From a virus (lineage: Duplodnaviria; Caudoviricetes): a DNA stretch of 41,768 bases. The translations under genes were made by a program, and so were the position numbers. The stretch spans positions 1 to 41,768 of IMG/VR virus record IMGVR_UViG_3300034152_000303. One strand, given 5' to 3'. Every line of letters starts with the position of its first letter. Position 1 is the stretch's first letter. Positions 1 through 7,210 of the stretch are shown here, piece by piece. The notes beneath the pieces are model-generated. The model saw nothing but the letters and a program-made list of their open reading frames with translations, ran no database searches and was not told the origin of the DNA.

Positions 1-78
<78 letters not shown>

Positions 79-261
79 GTGAAAGAAAAACAAGCTGGAC
101 TGGCAAGCCAGTAGGAAGGGCAAGGACAGTAAAGAGTACAATGAAAATTGTACCATGCGCCCAATTTGTTACACCCTACAGTCTACAGTCTACATTTGTA
201 CATGGTACACAGCGCGAGTTCTCAGCTGGTGGCATCTCAGCGGCACATTCGGAGGTGCAAC

Positions 262-513
262 ATGAGAATAAGAGAGATTAGAGAACTGCTATTCAACAAG
301 GCGAAAGAACTGTCAGTCTTGGCTGAGAACCTGGCGGAAGATGGCAGCAGAAAGCTGTCAGACAGGGAGAACAAGATGGTCAGGCAAGTGCAGGCAGAAA
401 TCATGATTGACCAACTGGAAGACCTCGTAACTGCCTGGGAGAAATCTGGAGATGAAAGACACTTGGAAGAGTGCCTGACAGTCTTTGACAGAAACATCAA
501 CCTGGAGGTATGA
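262..513 (+). CDS. Hypothetical early protein (83 aa)
   Basis: SD GGAGGT at 251-256 before ATG 262; start trimmed from track ORF 148..513. Confidence 0.8.
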   Translation: MRIREIRELLFNKAKELSVLAENLAEDGSRKLSDRENKMVRQVQAEIMIDQLEDLVTAWEKSGDERHLEECLTVFDRNINLEV

Positions 514-514
514 A

Positions 515-775
515 ATGATACACACCTTCAAGGTCAAGCCAATGAAGTCCAGGTTGTTTCCTCCCGTCTTCCCCGTTGACATGCTGAGATACGATGCCTG
601 TTGGCCTGCCACTACCGAAGCTGCAGTTGACATCGCAGTGAGCCTGAATACAGGAGATTTCTCTGACATTGAAGGCAACACTGTGATTGAACTGAAAGCA
701 GATTGGCCTAAACACTGGCATCCCACCTATGAAAGGTGGAGATCATTCGGCTGGGTTGTAGTCAAGGGAGCGTAG
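515..775 (+). CDS. Phage hypothetical protein with FPxDMLRYD...PTxxRWxSFGW motif
   Basis: SD GGAGGT upstream, ATG 515; motif recalled from other phage early proteins, not searched. Confidence 0.8.
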   Translation: MIHTFKVKPMKSRLFPPVFPVDMLRYDACWPATTEAAVDIAVSLNTGDFSDIEGNTVIELKADWPKHWHPTYERWRSFGWVVVKGA

Positions 776-778
776 CTT

Positions 779-811
779 CCAGTAAATTGTCAAAATTTAA
801 CAAAATGCTGG
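779..811. promoter_or_regulatory. 33-bp palindrome, copy 1
   Basis: CCAGTAAATTGTCAA-AAT-TTAACAAAATGCTGG. Confidence 0.75.
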
Positions 812-862
812 GATGCTCCCAGCTGAGTGCTTGCGCAGAGTAAATAGAAGGGAGGTGATAAA

Positions 863-970
863 ATGAGCAGCTTTCAGTATTACCACACTTCAAGCAGGTT
901 GACTGTCTATGCCCTTGCAGGCTTCATACTCGGAGTCCTGATTGGACTCGGACTGGACGCTATATTTTAG
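863..970 (+). CDS. Small membrane peptide, 35 aa (MSSFQYYHTSSRLTVYALAGFILGVLIGLGLDAIF)
   Basis: Strong SD GGGAGGTG; one hydrophobic helix; below the ORF-track size cutoff. Confidence 0.7.
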   Translation: MSSFQYYHTSSRLTVYALAGFILGVLIGLGLDAIF

Positions 971-993
971 GCAGCTTGCCTGCACCTCCGACT

Positions 994-1035
994 GCCCAGC
1001 TGGGAGAAGTATTCCTGGCTGGGCTTTCGTACTTT
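994..1035 (+). terminator. Probable intrinsic terminator
   Basis: 13-bp hairpin GCCCAGCTGGGAG-AAGTA-TTCCTGGCTGGGC followed by TTTCGTACTTT. Confidence 0.6.
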
Positions 1036-1091
1036 GGAGCTTGCTCCAGTTTATCCACAAATAACTTACATTTTGTTGTTGTAATCTGGGA

Positions 1092-1120
1092 TTGTACATG
1101 ATACAATGTACACATACAAT
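1092..1120 (+). promoter_or_regulatory. Sigma70-like promoter
   Basis: TTGTAC-17 nt-TACAAT in an AT-rich intergenic region upstream of ATG 1165. Confidence 0.6.
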
Positions 1121-1164
1121 GGAGCTGCGGCCAAAACCAACTGCAGAGAAAGGAAGGTGAAAGA

Positions 1165-1344
1165 ATGAAGAAACCCTATCACTTCACTGTACCGTCGGGC
1201 TACAGATGCCACGTTTGCGACAGGCACATTAAAGCAAACCTGGTGGCAAGGAAACAAGAAATCCCTAAACTCTGCTACAAGCATTGGATGCAGAAAGAGT
1301 ACAAGAGGAGGAACAATGTCAAAAGAGGTAAGAGCCTGCACTAA
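1165..1344 (+). CDS. Small putative Zn-binding protein (59 aa, CHVC...CYKH)
   Basis: SD AAGGAAGGTG; translated by hand: MKKPYHFTVPSGYRCHVCDRHIKANLVARK...; not in track. Confidence 0.7.
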   Translation: MKKPYHFTVPSGYRCHVCDRHIKANLVARKQEIPKLCYKHWMQKEYKRRNNVKRGKSLH

Positions 1345-1522
1345 ATGTCCCCTTTACTCCTTTCCTCTCAGAAGATGCAAGCGAGGTCAGGTAAACCCAA
1401 GAACCAAGAAGGCGGCTCTCGACGCTGCAAAAGTCATGGGATCTGCATATGTTTGTGACTATTGCAAATGGAAGGATGCTGTCACAGCGCAATATGGAAG
1501 GGACTATTATGGAATCCTTTAA
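1316..1522 (+). CDS. Small Cys-rich protein (CTKC...CDYC)
   Basis: SD GAGGAGG; two CxxC pairs. Confidence 0.7.
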   Translation: MSKEVRACTKCPLYSFPLRRCKRGQVNPRTKKAALDAAKVMGSAYVCDYCKWKDAVTAQYGRDYYGIL

Positions 1523-1835
1523 CATTAAAGTGGTGGTAAGACACTGCAAGGGAGAGCCAGAAGTCAACCTTTCAATAGAGTATTATCCTGGTGAACCTGG
1601 TTCTTATGACTGCCCGCCCACCAACCCTGACTATGCCATCGTAGATGGTTATGGCCCAGAGGGTCAAATCGAAGAGAAAATCCTCCACTACATAGACGAA
1701 ATCTACGCAGATCAAATCTGGGACAAAATCCAAGAAGCCCTCCAGCTTATAGAAGATGAAAATGAACTGAAGAAGATGGAAGCTGAGAGCATAGCTGAAG
1801 AGATGCATCTTGAACGCTTAAGAGAAGGGAGGTGA
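1509..1835 (+). CDS. Acidic hypothetical protein
   Basis: ATG 1509 overlapping the previous ORF; PGxxDCPP motif. Confidence 0.7.
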   Translation: MESFNIKVVVRHCKGEPEVNLSIEYYPGEPGSYDCPPTNPDYAIVDGYGPEGQIEEKILHYIDEIYADQIWDKIQEALQLIEDENELKKMEAESIAEEMHLERLREGR

Positions 1836-1839
1836 TTTA

Positions 1840-2073
1840 ATGCAAAAGAAGGCGTGCCAGTTTAAGTTGGAAGCACTCGACACTCTTGAACAGAAGAAGG
1901 CAGATATTAAGATAGCCCTCTTGAACGAAGATGATCCCTATGCCAGGATCAAGATGAACAATCGCCTCGCTGGAATTCAAGACGCTATTGAGATAATTCA
2001 AGAGCTCGCTTCCACAGAAGTAGATGTTAAGTATGTGCATATGAGTAAGTCCCCATCCAATTCCAGTAAATAG
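1840..2073 (+). CDS. Hypothetical protein
   Basis: SD GGGAGGT; in operon. Confidence 0.75.
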   Translation: MQKKACQFKLEALDTLEQKKADIKIALLNEDDPYARIKMNNRLAGIQDAIEIIQELASTEVDVKYVHMSKSPSNSSK

Positions 2074-2095
2074 TCAAATTTTGACAAACTTCTGA
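2063..2095. promoter_or_regulatory. 33-bp palindrome, copy 2
   Basis: CCAGTAAATAGTCAA-ATT-TTGACAAACTTCTGA; spans a stop codon and abuts the next RBS. Confidence 0.75.
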
Positions 2096-2109
2096 AAGGA
2101 TTCAAGATT

Positions 2110-2508
2110 ATGCCAGAAGAACCAGAATTTAAGGAAATTGATCTTGAAGCTAAGTACGAAGCTATTGACAAGCGCTTGTTCGATCCTGAAGGCCTTTCAA
2201 GTAAAGGCTTAGAAATGGTAGATCAAGTGCTGAAAGCTTACGGCTTCGACACTTACTTCATCATTGCTACGAACAGCCAGTCGTATGATGACAGCCAAGA
2301 GAAGGGAGGTGGAGAGAACACCCTGCTAATGCAAGCCATTGGCAACGCAAAGGCCATTGCCTTCGGCCTTGTTCACTTCGCCACCAGGCATGATGAACTC
2401 GTTGGCTGTGAGATTGCCAATAGAGTCCTGAGCAAAGCCCTGCACCATTACGCTATGGGCGCACAACTGGTCAAGAAGATCTTTGGAAAGGAAGGAGGTG
2501 AGAACTAA
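2110..2508 (+). CDS. Hypothetical protein
   Basis: SD AAGGA; in operon. Confidence 0.75.
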   Translation: MPEEPEFKEIDLEAKYEAIDKRLFDPEGLSSKGLEMVDQVLKAYGFDTYFIIATNSQSYDDSQEKGGGENTLLMQAIGNAKAIAFGLVHFATRHDELVGCEIANRVLSKALHHYAMGAQLVKKIFGKEGGEN

Positions 2509-2681
2509 TGCCAAAGCTGGAAGGTGTCAAACAGGAGATTGATGTTTACTTCGACAAGGACACAGCCAAGAAGCATCGCTTCACTGGCGGAGCCGGAGAT
2601 GTTGACATTGCAATCTACATTCGCAAAGGTGTCGAGTATCCAGAGAAATTGGAAGTTAACCTGAAACTGCAGGGAGAATAG
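2508..2681 (+). CDS. Small hypothetical protein (57 aa, MPKLEGVKQEIDVYFDKDT...)
   Basis: TAATG coupling and SD AAGGAGGT; fills a gap; not in track. Confidence 0.75.
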   Translation: MPKLEGVKQEIDVYFDKDTAKKHRFTGGAGDVDIAIYIRKGVEYPEKLEVNLKLQGE

Positions 2682-2685
2682 ACCC

Positions 2686-3108
2686 ATGAGCGCAGCGAAA
2701 CTAATCTTCGCTAAGGCCATCTGTCAGCCAGAAGGCAAATCGCTCATAATCCACTGCAAGAATTTCAACGAAGCTGAGAGATTAAGGATTGGCCTTTACA
2801 GGGAGAGAACAAAACTGGAAAACGCCAATCCTACTCTCGCAGCTCGCCTTGTAATCTCCAGACGACAGGCTGATAACAGTGAAGAATGGCTCATAGAAAT
2901 TGGAGCACAAGAGCCTTCCTTCACTGTTACAACTGAAGATGGAGAGCCAGTGGATATTTATGAAGGCGTTTGCGCACAGGCTGATCTTGACGACATAGAG
3001 CGGAGACTCAAGCTGATGAAAGAGGATGGCTACAGTGATGAACAACTGGAAAAGGAGCGCCAAGCAATGCTTGAGGATCTTAAAGGTAACGATACTGCTG
3101 CCGATTAG
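2686..3108 (+). CDS. Hypothetical protein, likely paralog of 3587..4024
   Basis: Shared C-terminal RRLxLMxxDxxSxExxE motif. Confidence 0.75.
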   Translation: MSAAKLIFAKAICQPEGKSLIIHCKNFNEAERLRIGLYRERTKLENANPTLAARLVISRRQADNSEEWLIEIGAQEPSFTVTTEDGEPVDIYEGVCAQADLDDIERRLKLMKEDGYSDEQLEKERQAMLEDLKGNDTAAD

Positions 3109-3155
3109 CGTACTTTATTATTGCATACTTATCATAGCAGAGGAGGTATTCAAGT

Positions 3156-3590
3156 ATGGCAGCAAAAACAACAAAGCCAAGGATAAGTCAAGAGGATTGG
3201 GACAATCTAAATGAAGTTCAACAGGCAGTCCTTTCAAAGCTGGGAATCAGCCCGAAGGAAACTGCAGAACAAAGAAGAAAGAGGGAATTCCTGAATGAGG
3301 CTCAAAGTTATATCCTTGGTGTCTACAATAAATGCGGCTTGTGCAAGAGAGAGTGGAGCCAGAAGTGGAAAATGGTTCCATCCTGGGATAGCAAAGATGG
3401 TGAGCCATATTATCAGGGATTCTGCATACCTAACGGACATTTAATACTGGAAGACAAGCGAGATGATAGGCTTCAGGCAACATGCGAATGCTGCATTAAA
3501 AGACTGATGAAGCTGCCTAAAGTGGAGATAGTCAGAATGCTTGTCGTCTACGCGAGGTATGCAGCTACCTGGGGAGGCAGAAACAAATGA
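3156..3590 (+). CDS. Hypothetical protein, putative Zn-binding (CGLC...CECC)
   Basis: SD GAGGAGGT. Confidence 0.75.
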   Translation: MAAKTTKPRISQEDWDNLNEVQQAVLSKLGISPKETAEQRRKREFLNEAQSYILGVYNKCGLCKREWSQKWKMVPSWDSKDGEPYYQGFCIPNGHLILEDKRDDRLQATCECCIKRLMKLPKVEIVRMLVVYARYAATWGGRNK

Positions 3591-4024
3591 GAGATACCTC
3601 TTTAGAAGCACAAAGGCAAGTGATTATCAAGTGGTTAAACAAAACCCTGGAGCTGGAGACAGGTGAAGAATACTACCTTCAGATTCATGCTAAGGATGAG
3701 CAAAAGCGCCTTCTTAAAATGATCAGAGATGAGATCAAGATCATGGAGAAGGTAGACCCCATTGGAGCCAGTCAAATCTATGCCAAGGGTGTCTTCAAAG
3801 ACAAGCGCTTCTGGGTAGTCCTGAGAAAGGTAGCTGTCTCCTTTACTTCTGTCGGCTTCAAGAAAGACCTTTCCGGAGAGGTGAAGAAGGTGGAGCTTGA
3901 GCATAACTCAGAGGAAATAAGACGCCTTTCCCTTATGAGGCAGGACAGAATGAGCTGGGAAGAAATCGAAGAGATGGAAGGAGCAATCTCCCACACTCTC
4001 AAGGAGATCATCGATGGCAGCTAA
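3587..4024 (+). CDS. Hypothetical protein, likely paralog of 2686..3108
   Basis: ATGA coupling; EIRRLSLMRQDRMSWEEIE. Confidence 0.75.
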   Translation: MRDTSLEAQRQVIIKWLNKTLELETGEEYYLQIHAKDEQKRLLKMIRDEIKIMEKVDPIGASQIYAKGVFKDKRFWVVLRKVAVSFTSVGFKKDLSGEVKKVELEHNSEEIRRLSLMRQDRMSWEEIEEMEGAISHTLKEIIDGS

Positions 4025-4415
4025 CATTAAGATCACAAGTTGGGACATGGAAGGACTCTTCACCTTTGACATAGATGGAATCCCATATGCCTACAGGATT
4101 GATCCTGCTGATGGACATACAGCAAGAAGTCTTATGTCTATATCAGTCAAAAAGTGCTTCAATTATTGTAAGAAGAGAGGCGCCAGGCTGATGCATGTGG
4201 AAGATGACATCTGGAACAGCAATCCTAACAAGCCCTATGAAAGATGGAGAATAGGGCAGAAGGTGATAGCTTACATTGGCATTAACCCTGATACTAAAGG
4301 CAAGGCAGTAATCTTCGAAGCACTCGGGGATAAGAAAGGTCTTGTTGTTAGGATCAAGCTGAACTTGGGTGAGGAAATTGAGAAGCTCAAGTGGATCGTA
4401 AAGACCAGGTTATAA
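4014..4415 (+). CDS. Hypothetical protein
   Basis: SD AAGGAG; in operon. Confidence 0.7.
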   Translation: MAANIKITSWDMEGLFTFDIDGIPYAYRIDPADGHTARSLMSISVKKCFNYCKKRGARLMHVEDDIWNSNPNKPYERWRIGQKVIAYIGINPDTKGKAVIFEALGDKKGLVVRIKLNLGEEIEKLKWIVKTRL

Positions 4416-4416
4416 A

Positions 4417-4524
4417 ATGATAGAAGCAATAACAGATCTCTTCGCAGGAGCCTTCTGGCTTGGACTTATAGTCGCCGCCTATGTACTTGTGAAGAGAGCA
4501 ATCTGCAAATGGAGAAGAAGATGA
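4417..4524 (+). CDS. Small membrane peptide, 35 aa (MIEAITDLFAGAFWLGLIVAAYVLVKRAICKWRRR)
   Basis: Fills a gap; TM helix plus basic tail; ATGA-coupled to the next gene. Confidence 0.6.
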   Translation: MIEAITDLFAGAFWLGLIVAAYVLVKRAICKWRRR

Positions 4525-4784
4525 TCCGTACACCCTTGCAAGAGTGGGCAACTAAGCGGTGGCAATTAGCCGGTAATCTCGAAGCCGCTAAGTCCATGAT
4601 CTTGTGGCACGTTACTCACACGACTCTTACAGCTAAAGAGTTTCATGCACTTAACCGAATCCTAAAGGAGATTAAAAGCATCCAGAATTTAATGAAGCGC
4701 TCCAATAGGATTACAAGAGATATTGTCTTAAAGGAAGTGAGAGATGCCAAGAAAAATCACAATTCCTCCATACGAAAGCTATAG
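4521..4784 (+). CDS. Hypothetical protein
   Basis: ATGA overlap at 4521 (alternative start 4509). Confidence 0.65.
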   Translation: MIRTPLQEWATKRWQLAGNLEAAKSMILWHVTHTTLTAKEFHALNRILKEIKSIQNLMKRSNRITRDIVLKEVRDAKKNHNSSIRKL

Positions 4785-5010
4785 GTATTTGGAACTGTGG
4801 AAGATTACAGCTTGGAAGGACGAGAGCATTTGGAGTGCCAGACCCTTCGGCAACATCAAGGCAGAGCATGAACCCTTGCTTGACAAGCAGGAATTCACAA
4901 CATCTTCCCTTTCTACCAGCATCACTTTCACAGACCAGGACATTCAGCTGGAAGTGTGGACAGAAGAGGAGTTAAAGGAATGGCAGAAAGACCAGAACGA
5001 AAAGACATAA
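4744..5010 (+). CDS. Hypothetical protein
   Basis: SD AAGGA; in operon. Confidence 0.65.
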   Translation: MPRKITIPPYESYRYLELWKITAWKDESIWSARPFGNIKAEHEPLLDKQEFTTSSLSTSITFTDQDIQLEVWTEEELKEWQKDQNEKT

Positions 5011-5834
5011 TGCTGGCATACCCAGCAGATGAGGGCAGGGTTTATCGCTTGAATCACAAAGGTGTGATCCTCTCTCAGCCAAAGTACAACGGAGAAAGGT
5101 GCAGGATAGAGTGGTTTCACGGCGAACCTGTACTTATCTCCAGTTATGGGAATGAATTTCTCTTTCTTGACCATATCAAGGCGAAGCTGTTAGAACTTCC
5201 TCCATACCTACAGTATCCCTTCGATGGAGAGCTTTATCATCATGGCTGGAGCAGACAGAAGATACATTCAATTGTCAGCAGGAAGACCAACAAGCATCCA
5301 GATGTCGAAGGTATTGAATTTCATCTCTTCGATACACAAGATGAAGAGAAGTTCCAGCTCCTACGCATCGCTGACTGCGAAGCAGCCAAATCCTTCTGGT
5401 CTAACTGCGACTTCATGCAGCTTGTGCCAACGGTAGGTATAAAGTATGAAGACTGGCCAAAGATGGCAGGTGAGTACATTGAGCAGGGCTACGAAGGAGC
5501 AATCTTTAGAAATGTCTTCGCTAAGTATGTCAGGAAGAGAAATGTTTCCTTAATCAAGTTCAAGCCAACTGAAACAGATGAATACACAATCCTTGAAGTC
5601 CTTGAAGCTATCTCTAAAGAAGGAGAGCCAAAGGGCATGGCTGGTGCTTTCATGGTAGCTGATCCAGAAGGTAGAGTGTTCAGGGTTGGCGCTGGCAAAA
5701 TGAAGCATCCTGAAAGGATTGATATCTGGAACAAACGAAAGGAGGTGATAGGGCACATTCTTGTAGTAAAGCACGAGCTTATTGCAAATGAAAGTGGAAT
5801 CCCCGTATCAGCAGTAGCAATTAAAATCAAGTGA
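4980..5834 (+). CDS. ATP-dependent DNA ligase (minimal adenylation plus OB domains)
   Basis: Motif I QPKYNGER, III FDGELY, IIIa FHLFD, IV GYEGAIFR, V LIKFKP. Confidence 0.92.
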   Translation: MAERPERKDIMLAYPADEGRVYRLNHKGVILSQPKYNGERCRIEWFHGEPVLISSYGNEFLFLDHIKAKLLELPPYLQYPFDGELYHHGWSRQKIHSIVSRKTNKHPDVEGIEFHLFDTQDEEKFQLLRIADCEAAKSFWSNCDFMQLVPTVGIKYEDWPKMAGEYIEQGYEGAIFRNVFAKYVRKRNVSLIKFKPTETDEYTILEVLEAISKEGEPKGMAGAFMVADPEGRVFRVGAGKMKHPERIDIWNKRKEVIGHILVVKHELIANESGIPVSAVAIKIK

Positions 5835-5845
5835 AAGGAGGACTG

Positions 5846-6160
5846 ATGGACAGAATCTGCGTCAAATGTGGTAGAGTTATGGAGCCAATAAAGAATGGCT
5901 TCGATTTCTTCTTTGACCAAAAGGTCAGGACTTCTGATCTCTGGGGATGCAGGAACTGCAGAAGGTTTCAGATCCACGGCTCTCCCAAAGTCTTTGTAGA
6001 AGCAGCAAACCTAATCCACGGAGAGATAATTACTGATCCTGGGAACCAAAACATGCTGGCAGTGCTGGAGCCAAACCTAATATTGCCTGACTATTTCGAG
6101 AAGTACATGAACCAGTACTACCCGCATTGGACTTGTTGGAAGGAGGACTCTTCAGAATGA
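5846..6160 (+). CDS. Zn-ribbon protein (CVKC...CRNC)
   Basis: SD AGGAGG before ATG 5846. Confidence 0.7.
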   Translation: MDRICVKCGRVMEPIKNGFDFFFDQKVRTSDLWGCRNCRRFQIHGSPKVFVEAANLIHGEIITDPGNQNMLAVLEPNLILPDYFEKYMNQYYPHWTCWKEDSSE

Positions 6161-6351
6161 ACAAGAAAACCCTAAAGAAAGTGTTGTCAATTTACAAAGA
6201 GGGAGTTACCCTCAAGACCTGCGTTGACGTCATCTCCGAAATGTGTAAGGCACAACAGCTTGGAGAGAAAGAAACCGGTGCTGCAGTTCACAAATTCTTC
6301 GAGATGCACCAGGAGTTCCACCACCAGACAGGCTTGAAAACCTGGGGTTGA
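6157..6351 (+). CDS. Hypothetical protein
   Basis: ATGA coupling and SD AAGGAGG. Confidence 0.65.
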   Translation: MNKKTLKKVLSIYKEGVTLKTCVDVISEMCKAQQLGEKETGAAVHKFFEMHQEFHHQTGLKTWG

Positions 6352-6368
6352 TCCCTTGTAAATTTTTG

Positions 6369-6397
6369 TTGACATCTGAAACGATTCATGCGATAAC
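6369..6397 (+). promoter_or_regulatory. Sigma70-like promoter with extended -10
   Basis: TTGACA-17 nt-GATAAC with TG at 6389-6390; leader hairpin GTCTG...CAGAC follows. Confidence 0.55.
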
Positions 6398-6458
6398 CGT
6401 CTGACGTTGGAAAATTGATCCCAAGGACAGACCAGCTGAAAGAAGGGAGGTGATATTC

Positions 6459-6623
6459 TTGGAGACCGTGGGCGTTGCCTTTGTTATACCTAAAGAGAAC
6501 CACCGGTTTCTGAAGATCAAAGCCTACGATATGAGTCTCCATCTGCAAGAACTGTTAGCGAAGATTGTGAATGACTGGTGTGAACAGCAACTAACAAAAG
6601 AAAAGGAGATTCAAAATGGCTGA
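6459..6623 (+). CDS. Ribbon-helix-helix (Arc/ParG/CopG-like) DNA-binding protein, 54 aa
   Basis: SD GGGAGGTG, TTG start; METVGVAFVIPKENHRFLKIKAYDMSLHLQELLAKIVNDW fits beta-strand plus two helices; not in track. Confidence 0.7.
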   Translation: METVGVAFVIPKENHRFLKIKAYDMSLHLQELLAKIVNDWCEQQLTKEKEIQNG

Positions 6624-7035
6624 AGAAACCACGCAGCAAGAAGCACCGAAGAAGAAACCCAAGCGCCTCGAAAAAGACCTGGTGAAGCACCCAGGCAAAG
6701 TGGCCATCAGCGTCATTGGTGGGGAGAAGGGTGAGATGATCTTCGATCCCAAGACCCTACCGAAAAGCATCCAGGATCAGCTTCCCGCCTTCGCCTTGAA
6801 CCACAAGCTCGGCGACGCAGCGGCCGGTCGCTCAGGCAAAGAAGCCGAAGAAGCCATCACGAAAGTCTGGGACGGTATGATGGCTGGAGACTGGACAGTT
6901 CGTGCCCCGGCGCAGCCGAAAGTGGCAGTCAACGAAGTTGCCCAGAATTTCGACAAGCTCTCAGAGAAAGAGAAGAAAGCTGCGGCTCCGCTTCTCAAGT
7001 CTTTGGGTCTTTCGATTCCTGGCATCACCGATTGA
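6616..7035 (+). CDS. Hypothetical protein, Lys/Ala-rich, possibly abundant or DNA-binding
   Basis: SD AAGGAG; visibly more C/G-ending codons than neighbours. Confidence 0.8.
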   Translation: MAEETTQQEAPKKKPKRLEKDLVKHPGKVAISVIGGEKGEMIFDPKTLPKSIQDQLPAFALNHKLGDAAAGRSGKEAEEAITKVWDGMMAGDWTVRAPAQPKVAVNEVAQNFDKLSEKEKKAAAPLLKSLGLSIPGITD

Positions 7036-7062
7036 TAGGTACAACCATCTTGTACCTTTCAT

Positions 7063-7140
7063 ATGGGAGCCCTTTAGAGCCAAGTTCCCCACCCCTTACA
7101 ACCGTGGGCCTCATACGATGAGCACCTACTGGGCTCCCAT
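7063..7140 (+). other. Structured intergenic RNA element (10-bp closing stem, two inner hairpins)
   Basis: ATGGGAGCCC/GGGCTCCCAT enclosing CCCAC..GTGGG and CTCAT-ACG-ATGAG. Confidence 0.55.
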
Positions 7141-7142
7141 TC

Positions 7143-7175
7143 CCAGCAAACTGTCACCATTTGACGATATACTGG
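7143..7175. promoter_or_regulatory. 33-bp palindrome, copy 3
   Basis: CCAGCAAACTGTCAC-CAT-TTGACGATATACTGG. Confidence 0.7.
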
Positions 7176-7210
7176 GACAAGCCCAGGCATATCTCATAAG
7201 GAGATGTCAA

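Larger units (their letters stand above)
212..836 (+). repeat. Long-range inverted repeat: 212-242 pairs with 806-836 (29/31 paired, 5 G-U)
   Basis: GCGCGAGTTCTCAGCTGGTGGCATCTCAGCG vs TGCTGGGATGCTCCCAGCTGAGTGCTTGCGC, paired base by base. Confidence 0.85.

Noticed and set aside
2081-2109. TTGACA within the 33-bp palindrome as a -35 promoter box
   Set aside because: In copy 2, the one checked, the -10 match is weak and would sit against the start codon
7063-7146. tRNA gene
   Set aside because: Right size and closing stem, but no GTTC T-loop, D-arm or 7-nt anticodon loop
6902-7210. N-terminal extension of the nuclease ORF in the track
   Set aside because: Overlaps the upstream gene and structured spacer; SD and ATG at 7211 are better
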